From: Verrucomicrobiales bacterium
GTDB taxonomy: Bacteria > Verrucomicrobiota > Verrucomicrobiia > Verrucomicrobiales > V1-33
Direction of reading: 5' to 3'
Assembly (NCBI GenBank): GCA_018003315.1
Contig: JAGNEJ010000016.1
Coordinates: 35-64,034 of the forward strand
DNA: 64,000 bases
Each line of letters starts with the position of its first letter. Within the stretch, counting starts at the first letter, position 1. Shown in pieces: positions 54,287 to 63,499 of this stretch. The translations under genes and the position numbers were made by a program. Under the pieces are notes generated by a model. The model was not told the origin of the DNA and made no database searches. It saw only the letters and a program-made list of their open reading frames with translations.

Positions 54287-55657
54287 ATGAAGACATCGGA
54301 GTCGGCGGTGAGTGGATTCTTCCCAACTCGCGAACAAGCCATGGCCACGAAGACATCCGCGGCGGGTGGCGGCAGCGCATTCGCTTCCGAATGCCGCCTA
54401 ACGCATCCCGCTCCCTGCGGGGTTCCGGCACCGTGCGGTTTCCCCTGCGAACTCAGGCTTGGTCCTGAACGCCATGCGGTCGTTGAGCTTGGCAGCCTGG
54501 CACGCCTGGCGATCCTCGCGGTGCCGGGAAGCCGCGGGACATTCCGCGAGCAGGCCCGGGAACTTCTGGAACAGGTGCGCTGCATCGTCAGCCGGCAGGC
54601 CGTTCCGCTGACGCCGACAACGCTGATGGTGTTTTTGCGCGACGCGTCGGACGAGGACGCATGTCGTGAAATCGTGGACTCAATCTTTGGTGCGGCGGCA
54701 CCGGTGACGACCATCGTGGCGCAGCCTCCATGCTGCGGCGCGGCCCTGGGAGTCGAGCTGTGGGCGGTGGGTGGGCCTGAGGTGCAGGTGGACCGGTTTG
54801 ACCGGGAAGCATTGGCCGTCGAATGCGACGGCATCCGCTGGATTTACGCGGGTGATGTGCGCGGTGATGCCGATGCGCCCGATGCCTACACCGAATCGTT
54901 CTCAGCCTTCCAGCAGGTGCAGCGCACGCTGGCCCGGGCTGGGGCGCGTTTCGATGAGGTGGTCCGGACCTGGATTTATGTGAATGAAATCACTGCCGGT
55001 GAGGATGGACGTCAGCGCTACCAGGAGCTGAATCGAGCGCGGACCGCATACTATGGCGACTTGTGCTTTGGAGGGCGGCTGCGCGCCCCGCAGCATCCGG
55101 GATCCATTTATCCCGCCAGCACTGGCATTGGAACCACCAGCACGGGAATTGCCATCGCTGCGATGGCGCTGCAATCGGACCGTCCGGACGTCTTCATTCT
55201 GCCTTTGGAAAACCCCGGTCAGACGCCTGCCTACGACTATCACGTCAGCCATTCACCCGAAAGCCCCAAGTTCTCGCGGGCGATGGCGGTGGTGCAGGGA
55301 CACTTCGTTTCCATCCTTGTTTCCGGCACGGCGAGCATTGTGGATTCACTAACCGTGCATGTGGGCGACGCAGCGCGGCAGACGAAACAGACGCTGGAGA
55401 ACATCCAGCGACTCATTGCGTCGGAGAACCTCGCCCGTCACGGCCTGCCGGGCGTTGCGGTGACGCTGCGCGACGTGGCCAAACTCCGCGTCTATGTGAA
55501 GCACGCCCGGGACTACGAAGCGTGCCGGGCCGTGGTCGAGGATCGCCTGCCCGGCGTGCCGGCCATTTACCTGCACACGGATGTCTGCCGCCCGGATCTG
55601 CTGGTGGAAATTGAAGCCGTGGCCTTTGCGCCGGTTGCGGGCAACGCAGCGCGCTGA
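54287..55657 (+). CDS. FkbO/Hyg5/XanB2-like chorismatase (RidA/YjgF-fold) protein (tentative)
   Basis: VVRTWIYVNEITAGEDGRQRYQELNRARTAYY resembles the FkbO-family core. The C-terminal half looks RidA-like (GTASIV...QTKQTLENI...LRVYV...VEIEAVA). Start ATG at 54287, or alternatively 54341. Confidence 0.45.
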   Translation: MKTSESAVSGFFPTREQAMATKTSAAGGGSAFASECRLTHPAPCGVPAPCGFPCELRLGPERHAVVELGSLARLAILAVPGSRGTFREQARELLEQVRCIVSRQAVPLTPTTLMVFLRDASDEDACREIVDSIFGAAAPVTTIVAQPPCCGAALGVELWAVGGPEVQVDRFDREALAVECDGIRWIYAGDVRGDADAPDAYTESFSAFQQVQRTLARAGARFDEVVRTWIYVNEITAGEDGRQRYQELNRARTAYYGDLCFGGRLRAPQHPGSIYPASTGIGTTSTGIAIAAMALQSDRPDVFILPLENPGQTPAYDYHVSHSPESPKFSRAMAVVQGHFVSILVSGTASIVDSLTVHVGDAARQTKQTLENIQRLIASENLARHGLPGVAVTLRDVAKLRVYVKHARDYEACRAVVEDRLPGVPAIYLHTDVCRPDLLVEIEAVAFAPVAGNAAR

Positions 55658-55785
55658 GGCACCCATCACCCCCGAAATGGCCCTGACCAGCGTAGTCCGC
55701 TCAGTCTCCTTTGCGGCTCCGTGCTTGTCAGATGGGACAAGCAAAGCAACCCCGGGCCTTGAGTGCTGCGGGCAGCCTGGCCTGA

Positions 55786-56345
55786 CTACTTTTGGATGTA
55801 CTCAAACAGCATCAAGGCGGCAATCGGAGGCAGAATTCCCGCCAACAGCAGCCATTTTCCCCTGCCGCCGAGGCCATTTTTTCCTTTGAGCATGAACCAG
55901 CCGGAAACCGTCACAAACATCAGGAGCAGGGCAAAGACATCCGATGCCCATCGCCATCCCTTCAGGCTGTTCCGGTGCAGCGCGTTGGATTGATAGAAAA
56001 ACGGACGGCGGCTCACGCTTTCATAGGTTCCGGTTTTGGCCGTGAGGTCCACGAGCAGGGAAGCGTCGTCGTAGTAGAGTTTCACATGTTCCGGGGTGGG
56101 GAAGTCGTGAATTTTTGGCGTGGTTTCCCCGACCATGGCGGAGAACTCCGCGATGCGCTCCTCGGTGACTTGCTCCTGCGTTAGGTTTCGTTCAGCGTGA
56201 TCGTGCGCTTGTGAATGACAAAGTCAGGATCCCAGTCGTCCACATGGTTGAGGGCGATGCCCGACAGGCAGTAGATGAAGATCAGTCCAGAAAGGAAATA
56301 CCCGATGTCACGATGAAGGTTGGCGTTGAGTCGTCGAAGCTTCAC
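55786..56345 (-). pseudogene. PepSY-associated TM helix family protein, split by a 1-nt frameshift
   Basis: GTG at 56345 opens (M)[53 protein letters not shown] and stops at TAA 56181-56183. The next frame continues [25 protein letters not shown]... into ORF 55786..56136, whose C-terminal TM region is RWASDVFALLLMFVTVSGWFMLKGKNGLGGRGKW. Adding one A to the GAAAC run (plus strand TTT at 56186-56188) restores a single ~186-aa ORF. Confidence 0.6.
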
Positions 56346-56360
56346 GCTGCGTGGTATTGG

Positions 56361-57311
56361 TTAGTTCCTGGCGGACTTGGCGCCCTCTCCGGATGCAATT
56401 TTGGCAACGAACTGCCCGGCGATCCGAACCACCCAGTCCTCAATGTTGGGATCCGGCAGGATCGCGTCGGGCCGGTAGCTGACGCGCGAGCGATTGTCCG
56501 CAATCTTGGCGATGCCATCGCCGATGATTTTGACCTGAAACATTTCATCATGCGCCACGAGCACGGGGACAACCAGCGCCTTCTTCTTGCTCTCCAGCAC
56601 GCGTTCGATGGCCTCAGTGGTCTTGGTCGGATCGTAGTGGACGAGGTGGCCGCACCAGCCGTGGGCATAGGCATTGATTCCCATTTCGCCTTTCACGTGG
56701 TCGGCCACGCCCGCCAGTAATGCGGACCACTGCTTTTCATAGGTGGCATCCCCGTAGGCGATGAGCACGAGCCCCTCATCGGCGGGGTTGGCGGAAAGAC
56801 CTTGCAGCCGACGCAGCACGTTCTGTTTCAGTATGCCCGCAAAGTCCAGATTCGGGGCGATCTCCACCCTGGCCTTGGGCGTGTAGCGTTCGATCTTTTC
56901 CAGCTTCATCATCTCCAGCGAATGCGAATCGACCTTCTTGCCGATGATGGTGGGGATGTCGTCGAAGGTGTGCGAGCTGATGGTTAGAAACAGCGGCACG
57001 ATGACCACGTGGGTGAAGCCCTGGGCGTCGAATTCCTTCATGCGGGTGGCGATGGAGGGTTCGGTGTATTCCATGAAGGCGGTACTGAGGCCCTTGATCG
57101 CCGGATTCTTCATCAAAGCCGGACGGACGCTTTTTTCCAGTGCCAGCAGCGAATTTCGCCAGGAAACCGAACGTGAGCCGTGATTCACCAGGAGGACTCC
57201 GATCTTTTGGTCGGTTGACGCAGATTCAGCAGCCTTCACCTCGTTCCATGGGACGGCCGTGGCAATGAGTGCGCAAGCGGCGAAGAGATGTCGAACTCGG
57301 AAATGAAGCAT
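56361..57311 (-). CDS. periplasmic CbiK/CbiX-type (class II) chelatase-like protein
   Basis: The ATG at 57311 gives signal peptide MLHFRVRHLFAACALIATAVPWNEVKA. IGVLLVNHGSR (catalytic His region), VVIVPLFL and VVPVLVAHDE match the two-lobed CbiK/CbiX/SirB fold. Confidence 0.6.
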   Translation of the reverse strand: MLHFRVRHLFAACALIATAVPWNEVKAAESASTDQKIGVLLVNHGSRSVSWRNSLLALEKSVRPALMKNPAIKGLSTAFMEYTEPSIATRMKEFDAQGFTHVVIVPLFLTISSHTFDDIPTIIGKKVDSHSLEMMKLEKIERYTPKARVEIAPNLDFAGILKQNVLRRLQGLSANPADEGLVLIAYGDATYEKQWSALLAGVADHVKGEMGINAYAHGWCGHLVHYDPTKTTEAIERVLESKKKALVVPVLVAHDEMFQVKIIGDGIAKIADNRSRVSYRPDAILPDPNIEDWVVRIAGQFVAKIASGEGAKSARN

Positions 57312-57613
57312 GGGATGGGATGGGTTTGCTGGTTGGGGTGCGGCAGGCAATGAGATTCTCAGAATGGAGCGGACTCTAGCGGGACAGCCACGCTGCCGCT
57401 TGCCTCAGAATGCCGAGAACTGGCCTGTGTTTGCCTTGGACCTGCGGGCGGCGCGCTTCCGATGCAGCAATTTCCTGACAAATCGATGCGATCAGCCCGT
57501 CTGCCATTTCCTTTGCCCCAGCAGCCATTTTGGGAATGACTGAGCTGGCAGTGACCCGGATGCGGGTGACGAATGGCGTTGCCGGATTGGAGGGAATTTG
57601 ATTTCCTGCGGAA

Positions 57614-60205
57614 ATGAAAACCGCATGGATTTCGATTTTCGCCGTAATTCTGGCTGGTGTGAGCGTCGGTGCAGACTGGCCGGTGGTGGCGCAGCCGGAC
57701 AAGGAAGGACTAGCCGAAAATGTGGCGTCGCTGACGACAGCGCTCGGCAAGGCCGGCGTCGCCTGGAGTCCTGCGGTCAAACAGGCCTTGCAGGCATGGG
57801 AGGCGTCGCGGGATGCGGTGGCCCTGCAGGCAGTGCTCGATTCGGAATGCGCCGCTGCTGTCGCCATTGATGCCGGTCGGAAATTGCGGATCGTTGCTCC
57901 GGTCCGGCAGCCGGTGCTACTGGAAAGTGGCTGGCGCACCTTTCTCATCAAGGTGGTGAATGAAGCGGCTGCGACCACAACCCTTCATGTGGAGAGTCCG
58001 AATGCGGGACCGCGCCCGAATGCCGCGAAAGACGAGCAGAACCAGCGGTGGCTTGGAGCGGAATTTGTGGACCGGGCGCCCCTGCGTCCGAATCTGTCAG
58101 GCAAAAATCCCGAATACCGCCTGGTGCACCTCTGGGCGGACGCGCCCGGCACCCGCCAGGCCACGCTGACGGCCGCGCTGGGAAATGGACAGGGCGGGGG
58201 AGTGACCAGCGAGTGGAAGTTTGCCAGGGACACCGGCGGGTGGGTTCCGAACGCGCAGTGCACGGTCACGGTGACGGAGGGGGCGCTGAAGGTGACGCCG
58301 TCAGGAAATGATCCCTGGATTTCGACCGCCGTGCGCCAACCGGCGGGCGAGAAGCTGCTGCGATTTCATGCCTGGAATGCTGGCTCACCGCACTGGGAGG
58401 TTTACTGGACCACTGCGGGCAGATCGCAGGCGGATGGAAAGCACCGGGTCTCCCAGACAGTTTTCCAGGATGTGGCCAATGGAGCGGACTACTCCGTGCG
58501 CTTCACGGCGGAGGAGGCACTGACCGGCCTGCGGATCGACCCGGGGACCGGCGGCGGCGGTTGCCGCATTGACGACATCGAACTGCTGGCATTAGATGCG
58601 CCCGGTCCGGAGCGGGCGTCTGCGGAAATTTCCTGTCAGATCGAAGCCGCACACCGGATGACGTTTTCCGTTCTGGATGAGTCGGGAAAACCGGCGATGG
58701 CATCCTTCCTGATCCAGGACGAGCAGGGGCGGGCCTACCCGTGGCCGGCCAAGCGGCTGGCACCGGATTTCTTTTTCCAGCAGCAGATTTACCGCGGCGA
58801 CGGCGAATCCGTCCACCTGCCGGCCGGAACCTATTCGCTCGTCTGCCGACGCGGTCCGGAATCGGTGCCGGAGCGTCGCAGGCTCACCGTGACCGGCCCG
58901 GGGCGGATCGCATACCAGGTGAAGCGCTGGGTCGATCCCTCCCTGACCGGATGGTACTCGGGCGACCACCACATTCACGCCGCGGGATGCCAGCACTATG
59001 TGCGGCCCACCGAAGGCGTGTTTCCTGAGGACATGCAGCGGCACATCATGGGTGAGGATTTGAAAGTCGGCTGCAATCTGACCTGGGGGCCGTGCTTTGA
59101 TTTTCAGAAGCAGTTTTTCACCGGACGAGTGGACAAGGTTTCCGTGCCGCCCTATCTGCTGCGTTATGATGTCGAGGTGTCAGGGTTTGGCTCCCACCAG
59201 TCGGGTCATCTCTGCCTGCTGCGGCTCAAGGAGCAGATCATCCCGGGTGGGGAGTCGAAAAATCACTGGCCCACGCTGGGGTTGAGCACGCTCAAGTGGG
59301 CGAAAGCGCAGGACGCCATCGCCGGCCCGGCGCATTCAGGCAACGGCCTGGTGGGCGAAGTCGCGCGGCTTCCCTATCCGGATGGGGCGCACGGCCTGCC
59401 GAATTATGCGATTCCGCCAATGGATGGAATTGGGGCCATGGAATATGTCGCTGACATTACCCAGGAAGTTCCGGGGCCGGACGGGAAACCCGTGCCGGCG
59501 GTCGATTTCATTTCCACGATGGATACGGATCGTCGCGCGGAGCTGAACATGTGGTACCACACGCTCAACTGCGGATTTCGCCTCCGGGCCAGCGGCGAGA
59601 CAGACTTCCCCTGCATCACCGGGGAGCGCGTGGGAGGCGGCAGGGTTTACGTCAAGCAGAAGGGAACGCTGAATTTCGACGACTGGTGCGAGGGCATTCG
59701 CGAAGGCCGAAGTTATGTCAGTGACGGACTGGCCCATCTGATGGATTTTTCCGTCAATGGCGTTGAGCTGGCCGGGGGCAAACCCGATTTGGCCCTGCCG
59801 AAAGTCGGCGGCAAGGCGACGGCCAATGTCAGGGTGGCAGCCCTTCCGGAGGGGGCTGGAACCGTGGAGGTTGAACTGGTGGTCAATGGATTCACGGTGG
59901 CCCGGCAGGAGGTGTCCGCGGATGGAAGGGAGCACGCCCTGACATTTCAGACGGATGTCCAGAACAGCGGCTGGATGGCCGTGCGCCTGTTTCCGCATGC
60001 GCACACCAATCCGATTTTTGTCAGTGTCGGCGGAAAACCCGTGCGCTTCCGCCGCAGCATTGAATGGATGCAGCGCTGCCTGGAACAATGCTGGGCCGCA
60101 AAGGAGCAGACCTATGCCGCTGCGGAAAAAGCGGACGCCAGGGAACTCTACGATTCCGCCCGCCGCGCCTACAAGAAGCTCCTGACCGAAGCGGAGGTGG
60201 ACTGA
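57614..60205 (+). CDS. secreted large protein with PHP-like metallohydrolase domain (CehA/McbA-like, tentative)
   Basis: Signal peptide MKTAWISIFAVILAGVSVGA. WYSGDHHIHAAGCQHY metal-binding-like motif and a later SGETDFP motif. The N-terminal ~400 aa has no motif I recognise. Confidence 0.4.
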   Translation: MKTAWISIFAVILAGVSVGADWPVVAQPDKEGLAENVASLTTALGKAGVAWSPAVKQALQAWEASRDAVALQAVLDSECAAAVAIDAGRKLRIVAPVRQPVLLESGWRTFLIKVVNEAAATTTLHVESPNAGPRPNAAKDEQNQRWLGAEFVDRAPLRPNLSGKNPEYRLVHLWADAPGTRQATLTAALGNGQGGGVTSEWKFARDTGGWVPNAQCTVTVTEGALKVTPSGNDPWISTAVRQPAGEKLLRFHAWNAGSPHWEVYWTTAGRSQADGKHRVSQTVFQDVANGADYSVRFTAEEALTGLRIDPGTGGGGCRIDDIELLALDAPGPERASAEISCQIEAAHRMTFSVLDESGKPAMASFLIQDEQGRAYPWPAKRLAPDFFFQQQIYRGDGESVHLPAGTYSLVCRRGPESVPERRRLTVTGPGRIAYQVKRWVDPSLTGWYSGDHHIHAAGCQHYVRPTEGVFPEDMQRHIMGEDLKVGCNLTWGPCFDFQKQFFTGRVDKVSVPPYLLRYDVEVSGFGSHQSGHLCLLRLKEQIIPGGESKNHWPTLGLSTLKWAKAQDAIAGPAHSGNGLVGEVARLPYPDGAHGLPNYAIPPMDGIGAMEYVADITQEVPGPDGKPVPAVDFISTMDTDRRAELNMWYHTLNCGFRLRASGETDFPCITGERVGGGRVYVKQKGTLNFDDWCEGIREGRSYVSDGLAHLMDFSVNGVELAGGKPDLALPKVGGKATANVRVAALPEGAGTVEVELVVNGFTVARQEVSADGREHALTFQTDVQNSGWMAVRLFPHAHTNPIFVSVGGKPVRFRRSIEWMQRCLEQCWAAKEQTYAAAEKADARELYDSARRAYKKLLTEAEVD

Positions 60206-60317
60206 ACACCGCCGCTTCATCCGCGTGACGGTCATCGCAGCGCCGTGAGGCGGAAGGACGGTCCGCCGCCTGTCCGGACCGGTCGGCACCAGCAATTGGT
60301 CAGGCTGGTGAAACGGA

Positions 60318-61217
60318 TCATCCGGCCAGAAGTTCCCGCAGCGCCTGGCCGGAACGCAGGCAGGCCAGAGAGAAATGGCCATCGCTTTCCAAAAATCGGG
60401 TTTTGCAGTTGGGGAGGCGCGCCGCGACTGCGGCGGCGTCTTCCACGGCAAAGTTGCGGTCGAGTCGGCCGTGCCAGAAATGGACGGGCTGGTGGATGTC
60501 TTCGAGGTGAAAGCCAAGCGGGCGGATGTTGACCAGTGCGTCCAGATACGTGCCGCGGGCCGACTGGTGGAAGGAGTCGCGGACGCCACCGGAAACAGCC
60601 TGCCAGATGAATGGAATGCCGAGTGCCGCGCGGTCCGGCGCGGGCAGACTGCGGGTGAGCGGCCAGGCGCACCAGGCGGGCCATTGCAACCGGGCGGCCG
60701 GTGCGGCCAACCGCAGCAGTTCGAGCGGAGCGTCAGGATGGTGGCGGTAAAGCCAGAGGAGCAGGCGGTAGGAGGGATGCAGCCGGGAATGGTCCGGCAT
60801 TTCAGCCAGCGGCAGCGCGCCGCAGACGACGGCCATGCCGATGATGCGATCCGCCAGGGCATGAACGGTGGCGTATCCGTAGAGGGTCCCTCCGGAAATG
60901 GCCACAAGGTGGAAGCGCTCCCATCCCAGCGCATCCGCCAGCCTGGAGGCGATCGGGGGCCAGTCGGCGAGCGTGCGATTTTCCTGGAAATCGGATCCGC
61001 CGATGCCCGGGCGGTCTGGCGCAATGATGCGGGCATGGGCGGCGAGGGCCGCCTCGTGGATCATCATGGCATCGCGTCCGCTGCTGGGCCAGCCGTGCAG
61101 ATAGAGCACAGGGCGCCCATCCGGGTCCCCGTATTCCCAAATCCGCAGAGACCGCCCTGCCAATTCGAGGCGGAATTGGCGGCCGTATTCTGGAATCGGG
61201 GCGTTTTTGCCGCTCAT
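60318..61217 (-). CDS. alpha/beta hydrolase fold protein
   Basis: PVLYLHGWPSS, then APDRPGIGGSD, then a nucleophile-elbow region (LVAISGGTLYG). 299 aa. Confidence 0.7.
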   Translation of the reverse strand: MSGKNAPIPEYGRQFRLELAGRSLRIWEYGDPDGRPVLYLHGWPSSGRDAMMIHEAALAAHARIIAPDRPGIGGSDFQENRTLADWPPIASRLADALGWERFHLVAISGGTLYGYATVHALADRIIGMAVVCGALPLAEMPDHSRLHPSYRLLLWLYRHHPDAPLELLRLAAPAARLQWPAWCAWPLTRSLPAPDRAALGIPFIWQAVSGGVRDSFHQSARGTYLDALVNIRPLGFHLEDIHQPVHFWHGRLDRNFAVEDAAAVAARLPNCKTRFLESDGHFSLACLRSGQALRELLAG

Positions 61218-61278
61218 ATGTTAGTGTGCATTCCGGACTGGAACGGTCAGGCAGAGCGACTGCCGGTGGCGCGCAGCA

Positions 61279-61316
61279 GGAAAACAAGCGCGGGCCGGAA
61301 GATGCCGGCCCGCGCT
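61279..61316 (-). terminator. rho-independent terminator downstream of the sugar-phosphate isomerase/epimerase gene
   Basis: Perfect 12-bp stem AGCGCGGGCCGG (61287-61298) / CCGGCCCGCGCT (61305-61316) with a 6-nt loop. On the minus strand it is followed by TGTTTTCC. It lies 30 nt after the stop at 61346. Confidence 0.65.
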
Positions 61317-61345
61317 GCGATGCGATTTTGACCTGAGCGGGCCGG

Positions 61346-62209
61346 TCAGGATACGAGCGGCTGGAGGTTGGTCTTGCACCATTCGCCGTTCTGAAGGGTG
61401 ACGCCATCCGGATCGTCCACTGCGGCGTGGGCCTCGTCCTCGCAGATGATCCAGCCGGAATAATTCCGCTGCACCAGCCATTCGGTGATCCTGTGAAAAT
61501 CCAGTTTGCCGGTTCCCATCTGCGCCCAGGGTTCCGGCCCGTTGCCGCTGAAATCCTTGTAGTGGATGTGATTGACCAGATGCGCCCACTTGTTGAGCGT
61601 GGCGATGACATCCATGCCGCCGCGGATGATGTGGCCCACGTCTGGCGTCCATCCGGTGACTTTTGGGTCGAGGCTGCTGAGCACCACGTCGTAGTCTTCC
61701 TGCGTGCGCACCAGGGAGGGCGGGGGACTGTTGGGGTGATAGGAACATTTCAAGCCCTGGTCGGCGGCGCGCTGCGAGACCCGGTTGACGTTGCGCGCCA
61801 CATTCAAGCGGCGGCGCTGCAGGTCTTTGGCGCGTCCGCTCGGCAGGGTGACCGTGCCGAGCATGGCTCCGGGGAAATGCTTGAGCAGGTTGATGGTGAA
61901 GTCCGCCGCTTCACGTTCCGCCGGAGTTTCCTCCTCGCCGTCCCAGGAACAGACCAGGGCCAGTCCGGCAAGTTTCATGCTGTGCTGCTGCAGGGTGTCC
62001 TTGAGCAGGGCGGCATCGCAGAATTTGCCCAGCCAGTATTTACCGCAGCCCAGGGCGCTTTCTGAAATTTCCAGCACCATCGGTTCGATGCCGGTGAAGC
62101 CGGCCTGGGCGGCGACTTTGATCATGTGGTCCAGCTTGTTGTCGTAGGCCTTGCCAGTGCCTTGCATGAACCAGGTATAAACTTCGGAGCCGAATTGAAT
62201 GTTTGCCAT
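61346..62209 (-). CDS. sugar phosphate isomerase/epimerase (xylose-isomerase-like TIM barrel)
   Basis: The ATG at 62209 gives MANIQFGSEVYTWF. The motifs GFTGIEP, HPNS and ICEDE (metal-ligand-like Glu/Asp/His pattern) fit the AP-endonuclease-2/xylose-isomerase-like TIM family. Confidence 0.7.
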   Translation of the reverse strand: MANIQFGSEVYTWFMQGTGKAYDNKLDHMIKVAAQAGFTGIEPMVLEISESALGCGKYWLGKFCDAALLKDTLQQHSMKLAGLALVCSWDGEEETPAEREAADFTINLLKHFPGAMLGTVTLPSGRAKDLQRRRLNVARNVNRVSQRAADQGLKCSYHPNSPPPSLVRTQEDYDVVLSSLDPKVTGWTPDVGHIIRGGMDVIATLNKWAHLVNHIHYKDFSGNGPEPWAQMGTGKLDFHRITEWLVQRNYSGWIICEDEAHAAVDDPDGVTLQNGEWCKTNLQPLVS

Positions 62210-62362
62210 GGGTGATTGGGTGTGGGTTGCGGTGATGCTGAGGAGGTTCGGCGGATTGCCTGCCGTCCGGACGGCAAAAACCATGCTGGGATGAGGTGAA
62301 AGGTAAAGGAAAATTGAGCGGACCGCCCAGTGGCCGGCGAACCACGCGGAGGAGGGGAAGCA

Positions 62363-63373
62363 TCAGTCCCGCTCGGCGAGATAGGTCGGCGCCTCCGTGG
62401 ATGGCGTGCTGGAGAGGGCTTCCGGATTGCGCGGGGGAGTCGGCCCTGATCCGGAGACCGTGTCCATGAACAGGTCCTCAAGCGTCTGCCGCACCGGGAT
62501 GATGCTTTCGATGAGGATTCCGCTGCGTCGCAGTTCGTCGATGACCGGCTGGACGACCTGCGGGCGGCGCGTCGGGATGGCAATGGTGCTCTGGCGCTGG
62601 TCCGCAGTGGCTCCCAGGGTGCCGCCCAGGCTGTGCACCAGACCAACGACGGCGGGAACTTCCAGCAGGTTTCCTTCCACCCGGATGTCGTAGCGTTCAC
62701 CGCTGCGGGTCAGTTCATCCAGTTTCCCCTGCCTAACGACGGCACCCTTTGCCAGGATGGCGACCCGGTCACAGATCATTTCCAGTTCACTGAGCAGGTG
62801 GCTGTTGACGAACACGGTTTTTCCGCGCGCCTTGAGTGCAAGGATCAACTCCCGGATTTCCTTGCGCCCCAGCGGGTCCACTCCGTCGGTTGGTTCGTCG
62901 AGAAAGAGAATGTCCGGGTCATTGATGAGGGCCTGGGCGATGCCGGCCCGCTGTTTCATGCCCTTGCTGAAGCGGGAAATGCGCTCGTTTTTCCACTTCT
63001 CCATGCCGACGGCGGCCAGCAGTTCGGAAATGCGGCGTTGACGCGCGGGGGCGGCCACCCAGCAGAGCCGCCCGGTGAAATCGAGCAGTTCTGCGGCGGT
63101 GAGGTGGTCGGGAAAGCGGACATGTTCCGGCAGGTATCCGATGCGCCTGAGGGTGTTCACGTGGCCGATGGGCCGTCCGAGCATTTCCCCTTTGCAGTGA
63201 GTCGGGTGGACGAGCGTGAGCAGGATTTTCACCAGCGTGCTCTTGCCTGCTCCATTGGCGCCCAGCAGTCCGAAGACTTCCCCGCGGCCTACCTGCATCG
63301 AGGCATTGCGCAGGGCGTGAATGGAGTTGCCATACACTTTGCTGACGGTGTGAAGGTCGATGACTGTTTCCAT
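62363..63373 (-). CDS. ABC transporter ATP-binding protein (ABC-2/CcmA-like with C-terminal accessory domain)
   Basis: The ATG at 63373 (METVIDLHTVSKVYG). Walker A GANGAGKST, signature FSKGMKQR and Walker B ILFLDEPTDG. The ~190-codon upstream extension in the ORF track is not protein-like. Confidence 0.85.
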   Translation of the reverse strand: METVIDLHTVSKVYGNSIHALRNASMQVGRGEVFGLLGANGAGKSTLVKILLTLVHPTHCKGEMLGRPIGHVNTLRRIGYLPEHVRFPDHLTAAELLDFTGRLCWVAAPARQRRISELLAAVGMEKWKNERISRFSKGMKQRAGIAQALINDPDILFLDEPTDGVDPLGRKEIRELILALKARGKTVFVNSHLLSELEMICDRVAILAKGAVVRQGKLDELTRSGERYDIRVEGNLLEVPAVVGLVHSLGGTLGATADQRQSTIAIPTRRPQVVQPVIDELRRSGILIESIIPVRQTLEDLFMDTVSGSGPTPPRNPEALSSTPSTEAPTYLAERD

Positions 63374-63499
63374 GCGGCGATGCTGGCGGCGAATGTCCGC
63401 GCTGCTTTCCGGTGCTGCAAGGGGATTCGCCCTGCCTGACAGGATTTCGCAAAAATGGGCGCTGGAAGTTCCGGAAAAATCGGTCGATGGAATCGTCCC

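Noticed and set aside
57376-57528. 50-aa small ORF (MAAGAKEMADGLIASICQEIAASEARRPQVQGKHRPVLGILRQAAAWLSR) in the divergent intergenic region
   Set aside because: It has no recognisable motif, no obvious ribosome-binding context and is too short to judge. The longer 200-aa version is antisense to the 863-aa gene.
59336-61036. 566-aa minus-strand ORF
   Set aside because: It overlaps the 3-prime part of the plus-strand 863-aa gene antisense. It also overlaps the alpha/beta hydrolase gene in a different frame. Arg/Pro-rich.
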